Positions 9,693 through 18,323 of a DNA stretch of 64,000 nucleotides are shown here, piece after piece. Under the pieces are notes generated by a model. The model was given only the letters and a program-made list of their open reading frames with translations, ran no database searches and was not told the origin of the DNA. The stretch's first letter is position 1; each line of letters opens with the position of its first letter. The stretch is from positions 8,846 through 72,845 of the forward strand of contig JBGOSQ010000001.1 in NCBI GenBank assembly GCA_041476045.1. The letters run 5' to 3'. The stretch comes from Thermoplasmata archaeon. GTDB taxonomy: Archaea; Thermoplasmatota; Thermoplasmata; Lutacidiplasmatales; UBA184. A program made the position numbers and the translations under genes.

Positions 9693-10166
9693 ATGGCGAC
9701 CGCCCCCGTCACGGAGCAACAGGTCCAGGACGACCTGATGCGGCTCGACGCGTACCGCAGTCAGCTCAATCAGCTCGTTCAGCAGCACCAGTACCTGGCC
9801 GCATCGCGCGGCGACCATCTGCGGGCCAAGGAGGCCCTCGAGGGCCTCGATCGCGTCGGGGACGCCTCCGAGCTCCTGATCCCGGTCGGGGGGGAGACGT
9901 ACGTCCACGGTCACCCGGCCGCGGGACGTAAGGTCCTCATCGGCGTCGGGTCCGGCGTCGTCGTGGAGCTCGAGCGGCCTAAGGTCATCGAGATCCTCGC
10001 CGAGCGCCTCACAAAGATCGACCAGGCCGCCCAAGAGCTCGAGGGCCAGATCCGCGGGCTCGACGAGCGCGTGCAGCTCCTCGCCCGACGGATCGACTCG
10101 GTCACGCAGGGAAGCGGATCGTACGAAACCTCGGGACCAGCGTCGGACGATGTGGGCATCGATTAA
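9693..10166 (+). CDS. pfdA: prefoldin alpha subunit
   Basis: Coiled-coil, beta-hairpin, coiled-coil pattern (QLNQLVQQHQYLAASRGDHLRAKEALEGL...VHGH...KIDQAAQELEGQI) in the conserved LX-pfdA-ftsY context. Confidence 0.75.
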   Translation: MATAPVTEQQVQDDLMRLDAYRSQLNQLVQQHQYLAASRGDHLRAKEALEGLDRVGDASELLIPVGGETYVHGHPAAGRKVLIGVGSGVVVELERPKVIEILAERLTKIDQAAQELEGQIRGLDERVQLLARRIDSVTQGSGSYETSGPASDDVGID

Positions 10167-11133
10167 GGCCAAGCTCGGGATCGGTCGGAAGCCCGACGCG
10201 ACCCCCGCGGCCGGTGAGTCTGCTCCCGCCGCCTCCGGAACGAACGAGGTCGCCTTCACCGACAGCTGGCTGGGCGCTAGGATTCGCGAAGGGAAGTTGG
10301 ACGAGGTCCTGGACGACCTCGAGATCGTGCTCCTGCAATCCGATGTGGCCGTTCCCGTCGTCGAAAAGATGCGGAAGAACCTCAAGCGCGACCTCGAGGG
10401 CAAGAAGCTCAAGCTCGGCACGGACGTCGAGGGCGCGATCCGGACGAGCCTCGAGGGCTCGGTCCGCCAGATCCTCTCGAAGCCCGGCCTCGATCTGGTG
10501 GTCACCGCCCGCGGTCACGAGCCGAAACCGTACATCGTCCTGTTCGTGGGCGTGAACGGTACCGGCAAGACGACCACGGTCGCGAAGATCGCCGTGCGAC
10601 TGCGCGACGCCGGGCTCGGGGTCGTCATTGCCGCCGGCGACACGTTCCGCGCCGGGGCGATCGAACAGCTCCTCGTTCACGGGGAGAGGCTGGGGATCCG
10701 GGTCGTCCGTCAGCAGGAGGGCAGCGATCCCGCGGCCGTCGCTTTCGACGCGGTCGAGCACGCGCGCGCGAAGAAGGTCGACGTGGTCCTCATCGACACC
10801 GCGGGCCGCCAGCACACGAACGAGAACCTCATCCAGGAAGCAAAGAAGATCCGTCGTGTCGTCTCCCCCAGCTTGACCCTCTTCGTCGGGGACGCGCTCT
10901 CGGGCAACGATGTCGTCGAGCAGGCACGTCTCTTCGACGAGGCCCTCGGGGTCGACGGTCTCGTCCTGACGAAGCTCGACGCGGACGCCAAGGGCGGCGC
11001 GGCGCTCAGCGCGACGTTCGTGACCGGAAAGCCGATCCTGTTTGTCGGCGTAGGACAAGGGTACGCCGACCTCAAGCCGTTCGACCCTGAGTGGATGGTC
11101 CAACGCCTATTCTCCGAGGGTACGGCCGCGTGA
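10150..11133 (+). CDS. ftsY: signal recognition particle receptor FtsY
   Basis: GTPase G1 box GVNGTGKTTT, plus DTAGR and TKLD motifs of the SRP GTPase family. Confidence 0.9.
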   Translation: MWASIKAKLGIGRKPDATPAAGESAPAASGTNEVAFTDSWLGARIREGKLDEVLDDLEIVLLQSDVAVPVVEKMRKNLKRDLEGKKLKLGTDVEGAIRTSLEGSVRQILSKPGLDLVVTARGHEPKPYIVLFVGVNGTGKTTTVAKIAVRLRDAGLGVVIAAGDTFRAGAIEQLLVHGERLGIRVVRQQEGSDPAAVAFDAVEHARAKKVDVVLIDTAGRQHTNENLIQEAKKIRRVVSPSLTLFVGDALSGNDVVEQARLFDEALGVDGLVLTKLDADAKGGAALSATFVTGKPILFVGVGQGYADLKPFDPEWMVQRLFSEGTAA

Positions 11134-11864
11134 GCGCGATCCTCGAGGTCGTCCTCGTTCGACCCAAAGAGGACGGGAACGTCGGCGCGATCGCCCGGCT
11201 CGCCAAGAACTTCGGAGTCCAACGGATCTCGATCGTCCGACCGCGGGCCCCGCTCGGCCCGGAGGCGCGACGGCGCGCGATGGCCGGTCTTCCCCTTCTC
11301 AAGAACGCACGCGTCGTCGCCACGTTCGACGAGGCGATCGCGGACGCCGACCTCGTCGTCGGCACCACCGATCTGTCGACCGGCCGATCGACCGCCTATC
11401 TCCGGCGCTCGATGAGCCCCGAGCGCTTGGGTGAGGTCGTCCGACCGATCGTCGGCCGGGTCGCGCTCGTCTTCGGCCCCGAGGACAACGGGCTCGATCG
11501 CGACCAGCTCCATCGCTGCGACGTGCTCGTTCACATCCCGGCGCGGCGCGAGTTCCCCACGCTGAACCTTTCGCACGCCGTCGGGATCGTCCTGTACGCG
11601 ACGCTGCGCGCGAACGGCCCGGCGGATCCGGAGTCGACCCCGGCGCCTGAAGTGCTCGAGCTCCGGGGCCGGGAAAAGGAGCTCCTCCTCGATCGATTGG
11701 GGGATCTGGCCGACCGGACCGGCTACCCGCGGCACAAGCGACGGGGGCTCAACCTCATGTTCCGGCGCATCTTCGGTCGTGCGACACCCACCGAATCCGA
11801 GTACCGGATGTTGCTCGGTTTCGTCAAGAGCGTCGATCGTTTGACGAGGAAGACCCATGGCTGA
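11130..11864 (+). CDS. SpoU/TrmH-family RNA 2'-O-methyltransferase (TrmJ-like)
   Basis: SPOUT knot motifs (VVLVRPKEDGNVGAIARLAKNFG; LVFGPEDNGL; NLSHAVGIVLY). GTG overlaps the ftsY stop (GTGA). Confidence 0.7.
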   Translation: MSAILEVVLVRPKEDGNVGAIARLAKNFGVQRISIVRPRAPLGPEARRRAMAGLPLLKNARVVATFDEAIADADLVVGTTDLSTGRSTAYLRRSMSPERLGEVVRPIVGRVALVFGPEDNGLDRDQLHRCDVLVHIPARREFPTLNLSHAVGIVLYATLRANGPADPESTPAPEVLELRGREKELLLDRLGDLADRTGYPRHKRRGLNLMFRRIFGRATPTESEYRMLLGFVKSVDRLTRKTHG

Positions 11865-12258
11865 ACCGACCGACTGGATCCGAGTGCGCGGAATGGGGAG
11901 AGAGCGGTTCGCCGGCTACTTGTCGGAGTACCTGACCGCCCTCGGTTACTCGGTCGAGCGCAGCGAATCGACCGATCCCGCCGAGACACGGGTCGCCGCG
12001 ACACTCCAACGGATGAACCCCGCGATCCCGGAGAGCGCGCGGGTCCTCTCGTTCCGGCTCACGCCCACCAGCGGAGGCGCCGCGGTGGTCTGGGAGGCCC
12101 CCACGAGCGTTCCCGACGCCGATCGTCCGCGGCTCGACCGCATGGTGCGCGAGTTCGTCCAACATCTCGAGCGCGCGGTACTCACGGAGAGCCACGCGAC
12201 TGCGAAAGTCGTCCCTCCGCCGTCCCCTCGCCTCCCGTGGACCGCGTCTCTTCCGTAG
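11857..12258 (+). CDS. hypothetical protein
   Basis: 133-aa ORF; ATG overlaps the upstream stop; no recognised motif. Confidence 0.35.
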   Translation: MAEPTDWIRVRGMGRERFAGYLSEYLTALGYSVERSESTDPAETRVAATLQRMNPAIPESARVLSFRLTPTSGGAAVVWEAPTSVPDADRPRLDRMVREFVQHLERAVLTESHATAKVVPPPSPRLPWTASLP

Positions 12259-12317
12259 AAAACGCTCCGGGGGGGCAGCTTTATAGTGGGGGCTCGGGTC
12301 CCCCCGCGCACCCGCCG

Positions 12318-12932
12318 ATGTCCCAGTCCGCGTACCGCTACATTGCGAAGTCGTTCCGCCTCACGCTCGGGCCGGAAGGCGCGGCCCTCCGGCACGAGCG
12401 CCTGCTCGCATGGCGACGCGAGAACACGGTCACCCGGTTGGAGCGACCGACCCGGCTCGACCGCGCCCGCGCGATCGGCTGGAAGGCGAAGCGGGGCTTC
12501 ATCCTGGTCCGCGTCCGCGTCCGCCGAGGCGGGCAGCGCCATCGGGCCATCATCGCGGGACGGAGACCCAAGAGGAAGGGTATTCTCCGGATGACCCTCT
12601 CGAAGAGCCTGCAGAGCATCGCCGAGGAGCGGGCGCAAAAGCACTACCCGAACCTCGAGGTCCTCAACTCCTACTGGGTCGGCGAGGACGGCCAGCAGAA
12701 GTTCTACGAGGTCATTCTTCTCGATCCCGCGGCGCCGGAGATCATCTCCGACCCCCAGGTCCAGTGGATCACCTCGGCCGCCCACAAGGGACGGGTCTAT
12801 CGCGGTCTCACTCGATCCGGTCGCGACGGTCGCGGCCTCCGGTGGAAGGGGAAGGGAACCGAACGCTTCCGACCCTCGCGCGCCCGGAACCGGCGCGACA
12901 CTCGCCGCACCCAGAGCAAGGTCATTCCGTAG
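12318..12932 (+). CDS. rpl15e: ribosomal protein L15e
   Basis: MSQSAYRYIAKSFR... with the basic L15e core (WKAKRGFILVRVRVRRGG). Confidence 0.85.
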   Translation: MSQSAYRYIAKSFRLTLGPEGAALRHERLLAWRRENTVTRLERPTRLDRARAIGWKAKRGFILVRVRVRRGGQRHRAIIAGRRPKRKGILRMTLSKSLQSIAEERAQKHYPNLEVLNSYWVGEDGQQKFYEVILLDPAAPEIISDPQVQWITSAAHKGRVYRGLTRSGRDGRGLRWKGKGTERFRPSRARNRRDTRRTQSKVIP

Positions 12933-13401
12933 TCGGGCGCTTGCGCGCCGACTCCGATTCGATCTCCGCGAGCCAGTGCTCCAGCGGCACGTTCAATTGT
13001 TCGGCGGTCCGACGTGCCCACCCCGCGATCCCTTCGACGTGGACGAGCTCGCCGCGGAGCACGCGCGCGAGGCGACGACGGAAATCGAGGTCCAGGTCGA
13101 CCTTTGTCGCTTCGAGGAACTCGCGGAGCCGTTGGGCGAGGCGTCCCCCCTCGGCGTCCCAGTCGGTCAGCAGGATGACGCGTTCCGCTTCCCGCGTGAG
13201 CGAGTGGGCGACGCCGCCGAGCGATCGCCCGCGATGGAGGACGACCACTCGGCCGTCGATGCCGAGTCGGGCGAGCGCCCGCCGGTCCCGTTCCCCCTCG
13301 ACGACGATAACGGTCGATGGGGAACGGCTCGCCTCGAGGAGCTCCGCCCACAGCTTGAGGAACTCCGGCCAGACCGACTGTCGTCCGCTCACGGTTCCCA
13401 T
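12922..13401 (-). CDS. Toprim-domain protein (small primase/RNase M5-like)
   Basis: Toprim motifs VIVVEGERDRRAL and LLTDWDAEGGRLAQRL. Confidence 0.55.
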   Translation of the reverse strand: MGTVSGRQSVWPEFLKLWAELLEASRSPSTVIVVEGERDRRALARLGIDGRVVVLHRGRSLGGVAHSLTREAERVILLTDWDAEGGRLAQRLREFLEATKVDLDLDFRRRLARVLRGELVHVEGIAGWARRTAEQLNVPLEHWLAEIESESARKRPTTE

Positions 13402-13504
13402 GCGCGACCGGCCGGACGGCACCGCGGGGCGGGCTCTCCAGCGCCCATCGAGCCCACAACTCCTATAGCGTTCCCCCTCCCTCGGGGCGGCACGGACCCC
13501 GACC

Positions 13505-14158
13505 GTGGCCGATCACTACACGCGCCTGCTCGAGTGGCGTCGCGAAGAGGCCGCCGCGCGCGGTTTGCATAAGCTCCCCCACGATTTCTACACCAGTACC
13601 CAGTCGTACCTCGCCGAGACCCGCGCCACCTTCGAAGCGGAGCTGCGGCAGAACCCGGCGGGCAAGAAGGGGGACGTCGCGCGCCAGACCTACCAGCGGG
13701 CGGCGCAGATCGCACGCGACGTGGTCGAGGCGCGGATGATGAAGGTCCTGACCCTCGCGTTCCAGTCGAGCGTCGGCACCGGTCGCGAGCTCTCGAACGC
13801 GCTCCCGGAAGAGCGGGTCCTCTTCGACCGGCTCGTCGACGGACTCCGCAGCCACCGCCAGGACGTCGCCCCCTTCTTGGAATCCACCGCGGCAGCGCCG
13901 GTCGCGGTCGCCGCTGGCCCGGCACCTTCGGCCCCACCGCCCACTGAGCCGACTGGGGCGAGCGCCGCCGGAGGACCCGGTCGACCGACCGTCGTGGTCC
14001 GTATCTTGCGGGACGCGCCTCCGATCGAGCTCGGCTCGGGCACCCTCGAGCTCCGGAAGGAGGACGTCCTCAATCTGCCCGCCGAGACCGCGAAGCTGCT
14101 GATCCAGGCGCAGGTCGCCGAGCGCGTGACCCCCGCCGGACCACCGCGCGTCACGTAG
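13505..14158 (+). CDS. GINS subunit Gins51-like (A plus B domains)
   Basis: N-terminal LPHDFY...SYL helical A-domain. C-terminal VVVRILRDAPPIELGSGTLELRKEDVLNLPAETAKLLIQAQVAERV resembles the GINS B-domain (LRKGDV..LP...A..LI). Confidence 0.5.
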   Translation: MADHYTRLLEWRREEAAARGLHKLPHDFYTSTQSYLAETRATFEAELRQNPAGKKGDVARQTYQRAAQIARDVVEARMMKVLTLAFQSSVGTGRELSNALPEERVLFDRLVDGLRSHRQDVAPFLESTAAAPVAVAAGPAPSAPPPTEPTGASAAGGPGRPTVVVRILRDAPPIELGSGTLELRKEDVLNLPAETAKLLIQAQVAERVTPAGPPRVT

Positions 14159-15275
14159 CGGGTAGGGTGTCGCCCGCCGACCACTCGATCACTCGGAACG
14201 ACTCGAACCCGAAGAGTAGGTTCTTCGCCGCGAGGCGCAGCCGGACCTCCGCCTCCGGGCCTCCGACGGCCGCGAGCGCGGATTCGAGCCGGCGTTCGAA
14301 CCCCCAGCGGCGGAGCGCCTCCCGCTGGGGTCCGCAGAATCGCTCCACCAGGCCGGCGGATGCGGCGGCGGAGCGAACCCGGGTGAAATCCACGAAGGTG
14401 CTCAGATCGGAGTACCCCGGTCGATCGAGCGGATCGGGAAGGGTCCGGTGTCCCCGGATCGCCTGGAGCGTACCGCGCGGACGTCCGAGGAGAAGGTCCG
14501 GCTCCTCGGCCCCGTAGTCGAGAACAATCGCCGTCCCCTGCGTGAGGTGGTCCGCCAGTTCTCGGACGAATCCTTCCGCGCTCGGGGCGAACTCGAGGAT
14601 CGCGCCGTCGGGGGCGATCTCGGGCAACGGCATTCCGACGACCGGGCGAAGATCGCTCTCGGCCGCGACGAACCGGTCTTCGTTCCACCGGACACCGAGC
14701 TCGCGCCATCTTCCAGTACCGTAACGAAGGCGGCGGGCCGGCTGGGCGTCGAGGAGCTCGTTCGCGATCACTACGCCCCGGAAGGGACCGTCGGTCGAGA
14801 GGGCTTCCGCCACGCGGACCCGGGCGCTCGCCGCCGCCTCGGCGAGGCGCTGCACGGCCTGCTCGCGCAGCGCGCTGGATCGCTCGACGAGCAGGTACTC
14901 CCAGTTCGCGTCCGCGGGGAGCCTCGCGTCGAGCGCGTCGATCATCGACCGTGCGAGCGTCCCGTCGCCCGGCCCTACCTCGACGACGCGGAACCCGAAC
15001 GGACTTCCCAACCGGACGAATTCTGCGGCGACCCGGTCCGCGAGCGTCGCCCCGAAGAGCGGGGAAACGTGGGCGGCGGTGTAGAAATCGCCGGCGGGCC
15101 CGATCCGACGATCGGGGGCGTCGTAGTAGCCGGCGCCGGGCAGGTAGAGCGCTATGGCCTGGAACTGGTCGAACGGGACGAACCCCGTCGGATCGGCGCG
15201 TCGACGGATCGCTTCGGCGACCGAGGCGAGGCGCGCCGCCTCATCGGGGACCGGTGCATTGGGGTCCGACGGCAC
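14151..15275 (-). CDS. SAM-dependent methyltransferase, MidA/NDUFAF7 (DUF185) family
   Basis: VEVGPGDGTLA Rossmann motif with MidA-type N- and C-terminal regions. Confidence 0.55.
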   Translation of the reverse strand: MPSDPNAPVPDEAARLASVAEAIRRRADPTGFVPFDQFQAIALYLPGAGYYDAPDRRIGPAGDFYTAAHVSPLFGATLADRVAAEFVRLGSPFGFRVVEVGPGDGTLARSMIDALDARLPADANWEYLLVERSSALREQAVQRLAEAAASARVRVAEALSTDGPFRGVVIANELLDAQPARRLRYGTGRWRELGVRWNEDRFVAAESDLRPVVGMPLPEIAPDGAILEFAPSAEGFVRELADHLTQGTAIVLDYGAEEPDLLLGRPRGTLQAIRGHRTLPDPLDRPGYSDLSTFVDFTRVRSAAASAGLVERFCGPQREALRRWGFERRLESALAAVGGPEAEVRLRLAAKNLLFGFESFRVIEWSAGDTLPAT

Positions 15276-15311
15276 TCGAACGGCCCCCGGTCCTGGCGAC
15301 GACGCGCACGC

Positions 15312-16088
15312 TCAGCCGATGTAGCCGAGGTCCTCGCGCGGCTGCTCGCGGGTCGCCTCGGCCGGCTTCTGCTCGGCGTCGTGGATCTTCTGGGCGATCC
15401 GGTCGATCTCCTTGGCCTTCGCCTCGAGTTCGGAGAAATCGACGGTGAGGCCGAGGACGGTCGATAGGACCTTGAGGACCGCTTCCGCACTGCGCGGGTC
15501 GACGAAGTAGCCGCTCGTCTCGCCCATCAGGCAGACCCCCTCCATCCCGAAGGTCCGGCCGAGGCCCAGGAAGAGACCCGAGGCACCGATGAGGCCGCCC
15601 CCCGGGTCGTTGCGCGAGAAGACGACACCCGCCTTCTTCATCGCCTCGACGCGCGCCGAGGTCGTAGCCGCGCCGAGCACGCGCGGGTTCTCGACGACGT
15701 GGCCCTGGGCGAATCCCGCGAGCGTGTAGACCTCCTTCACACCGAGGGCAGCGCAGAACTCGAGCACCCGGTAGGTGAGCTCGTACTGGCCTTCGGGCGA
15801 GATCCCCTGGTAGTCGCCTCCGAGGATGATCACATCGCGCTCCCCGGCCTTGGTCCCGCGGCGGTACGAGAGCTCGTTCGAGACGAGGCGGATGATCCCC
15901 TCCTCGCTCACATAGACCTGGGGCGGGAAGTGCTTCGAATAGATCGAAGCGATCGGCTTCGCCTTGAGCTGTTCGCGGAGGTAGTCCGCGGCGAGCTTGC
16001 CGACGTTCCCGACGCCGGGCAGTCCTTCGACGAGGACCGGGTCCTTGAGCTCGGGCTTTTCCGTGACGCGGAAGAGGACGTCGTCCAT
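15312..16088 (-). CDS. PAC2-family protein (proteasome assembly chaperone-like)
   Basis: LVEGLPGVGNVGKLAADYL... PAC2 N-terminal signature, with a GxGG region. Confidence 0.6.
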   Translation of the reverse strand: MDDVLFRVTEKPELKDPVLVEGLPGVGNVGKLAADYLREQLKAKPIASIYSKHFPPQVYVSEEGIIRLVSNELSYRRGTKAGERDVIILGGDYQGISPEGQYELTYRVLEFCAALGVKEVYTLAGFAQGHVVENPRVLGAATTSARVEAMKKAGVVFSRNDPGGGLIGASGLFLGLGRTFGMEGVCLMGETSGYFVDPRSAEAVLKVLSTVLGLTVDFSELEAKAKEIDRIAQKIHDAEQKPAEATREQPREDLGYIG

Positions 16089-16136
16089 TTCGAGAGAACT
16101 CCGCCCTTGGACCGGGGGAGCGTAGATAATGCTTCG

Positions 16137-16916
16137 CTAACGGGGCGGTGCGTCTGCGCCGCCGGCGGAGGTGGCGACGGCGGCGAGACCGTCGTCGGTC
16201 ACCCGGAGACGCCAGCGGCCGGTGCGGTCCGGCCGATCCCCCAGCTTCCGGACGGAGACGAGGATCGACGGCGGGTCATCGGTGGAGTCGGTCTTGAGCT
16301 CGAGGACGACGTCGGCCAGCTCCTCGAGCTGCGTGCGCGCCGCCGCACCGGCCGGATCGTCCTGGAGCACGAGGAGGGCCTGCCCACCGTACTCCTGGGC
16401 GAGACGACGGATGTGACGCGCCACGCGGGCCACCTGGGCCGGTTCGGCGAGCTCCAGGAAGAGGTCCAAAGAGTCGAGGACGAGGCGGAACGGACCGTCG
16501 ATGGTCGCGAGATCGGCGAGCAGCCGGTTCTCGAGGTTGAACGTGCGGCGCTGGACCGGCATGCTCGGAGCGCCGGCGAGATCCCGATATGTGAGCCCAC
16601 GCTCGCGGGTCCTCGAGACCTCGATGTCCCGCTTCAGGACCCGGTCGTAGTACTCGGCCGCGAGATCGACCGCGTTGAGGCCCTCGGTCTTCCACCCGAA
16701 CCCGGCGAAGGCGCGCGCGACGTCCTCGGAGCGTTCGTACGTAGTGTAGTAGAGGACCGGCGATCGGCCGATGCCCGCGTGGGCGAACTGCTTGGCCAGG
16801 AGCGACGCGCCGCCGCCCGATCGACCCTCGACGACCCCGAGCCAGCCGGCGGCGAGTGTGCCGCGGATCGCCTCGTCGAGTTCGGGAACGCCGAGGAGGG
16901 CGGGCGTCTCCGCCAT
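16137..16916 (-). CDS. KaiC/RecA-like single-domain protein with degenerate Walker A (GRSGGGAS, no Lys/Thr)
   Basis: RecA-superfamily fold pattern (GIPELDEAI..G; LVLDSLD). P-loop lysine missing. Confidence 0.55.
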   Translation of the reverse strand: MAETPALLGVPELDEAIRGTLAAGWLGVVEGRSGGGASLLAKQFAHAGIGRSPVLYYTTYERSEDVARAFAGFGWKTEGLNAVDLAAEYYDRVLKRDIEVSRTRERGLTYRDLAGAPSMPVQRRTFNLENRLLADLATIDGPFRLVLDSLDLFLELAEPAQVARVARHIRRLAQEYGGQALLVLQDDPAGAAARTQLEELADVVLELKTDSTDDPPSILVSVRKLGDRPDRTGRWRLRVTDDGLAAVATSAGGADAPPR

Positions 16917-16917
16917 C

Positions 16918-17502
16918 CTACGTTCCTCCCCGACCGACGTCGATCGTCTCGTCGACGACGAGGGCGAGCATCTGGTCGAGGTCGGAGGTCATCTCCTCGC
17001 TGACCGAGAGAACGATGGCGAGGACCTGTCGGCTCTTCAGGTTCGTCAATAGGATATGGAAGAACTCCGACAGGAGGTCGGGCGGATTGTGGATCGCGAG
17101 CGAGTTCACCGAGTCGATGACGACGATCGACCGGCTCGACGGATGCCGCCGAAGGAGGTACTCGACGCGGAGCATGATGTCCTCGAGCATCCGCGGGCTC
17201 TCGATGTACGTCGCGTTCGGGAGCGGGTCCCGATAGTTCATCATGATGTGGCTGATCGCGTCGACGAAGGACAGTCGGTCCATCTTCACGTCGAGCGCCT
17301 GGGCGAGCGACCAGACGAGCGCGGACGGGTTCGTCACGGAAACGTAGATCGTGTGGGCGTTCGTCTCGCTCCCGATGTCGCGCAGCGTCGCCGACAGGAC
17401 GGCGAAGTACTGGTCCGCGTACTCGCGCGGCTCGATCCGAACGGCGACGGCCGCGCCGTTGCCGAGCTGGCGCAATCGGTCGCTGATGTCCACGGTCGGC
17501 AT
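16918..17502 (-). CDS. KaiC/RecA-like domain protein lacking a P-loop
   Basis: Aligns with RecA-like core strands (IVVIDSVNSLA; VLAIVLSVSE) but has no Walker A; 1-nt spacing to its neighbours. Confidence 0.45.
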   Translation of the reverse strand: MPTVDISDRLRQLGNGAAVAVRIEPREYADQYFAVLSATLRDIGSETNAHTIYVSVTNPSALVWSLAQALDVKMDRLSFVDAISHIMMNYRDPLPNATYIESPRMLEDIMLRVEYLLRRHPSSRSIVVIDSVNSLAIHNPPDLLSEFFHILLTNLKSRQVLAIVLSVSEEMTSDLDQMLALVVDETIDVGRGGT

Positions 17503-18282
17503 CTACGACCCCTCCGGCCGACCGCCCTTGAGGTGCGGTGCCATGAGGAGCCCGATCGGCGTGAGGCCGATCACGTACTGGGCGCGCGAGTGCGAGGTCC
17601 CGCGCATCTTGACGATCTGGAGGACCCGGATGATGTCTCCCTGACGGCGCGTGTTGCCGAGGAGGATCACGCCGTCCACGATCGCCTCCTCGACGCCGTA
17701 CAACGAGAGCCGTCCGGGAGTCGGGCCGACCTCGCTCACGAGCAGGGTGGTGCAGTCGAGCTGGGAGAGTTCCTGGCCCAGCTTCAGCATGAAATCGCGG
17801 ATACGCTCCTCGCGCCGGATCCGGTAGCACACGGAGGTCAGCGAGTCCAGGACGACCCGTCGCGCCCCGAGCTCTTTCACGAGCCCTCGGATCGTCAGGA
17901 TAAGCAGATCCGTATCCTCGACGGTGAACTCCTCGCGGTCCAACCCCAGCCGGTCGTAGATCACGGGCACGTCGACGAACGACAACGACCCGTTCTCGAC
18001 GAGCTCGGGACGGAAGAACTCGAATGCCGAGAGGTTCTGAATCAACTTCCCCGAGGTCTCGGTCACCGACAGGAACAGGCACTTCTCGCCGCGCTCGGCC
18101 CCGCGAACCAGGAACTCGAGTGAGAGCGTCGTCTTGCCCGAGCCGACCGTCCCCGACACGAGGATCATGTTGCCGCGCGGAATCCCGCCCCCGAGAATGT
18201 CGTCGAGACCCTCGATCCCGGTCGCACACCGGCCGCGCGCCTCGGGCGTCGCCCCGGGTTCGTGTGCGCCGAGAGAAGCCAT
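17503..18282 (-). CDS. KaiC/RadA-like ATPase (intact Walker A and B)
   Basis: GIEGLDDILGGGIPRGNMILVSGTVGSGKTTL; Walker B VVLDSLT. Confidence 0.7.
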   Translation of the reverse strand: MASLGAHEPGATPEARGRCATGIEGLDDILGGGIPRGNMILVSGTVGSGKTTLSLEFLVRGAERGEKCLFLSVTETSGKLIQNLSAFEFFRPELVENGSLSFVDVPVIYDRLGLDREEFTVEDTDLLILTIRGLVKELGARRVVLDSLTSVCYRIRREERIRDFMLKLGQELSQLDCTTLLVSEVGPTPGRLSLYGVEEAIVDGVILLGNTRRQGDIIRVLQIVKMRGTSHSRAQYVIGLTPIGLLMAPHLKGGRPEGS

Positions 18283-18323
18283 TGGGCGAACAAGGGGGGG
18301 CGCTCCCTAATAGAATTACTCCG

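Noticed and set aside
9043-11858. ORFs 9102..10505(-), 10102..11103(-) and 10710..11858(-)
   Set aside because: Antisense to the pfdA, ftsY and SpoU genes, which carry clear family motifs on the plus strand.
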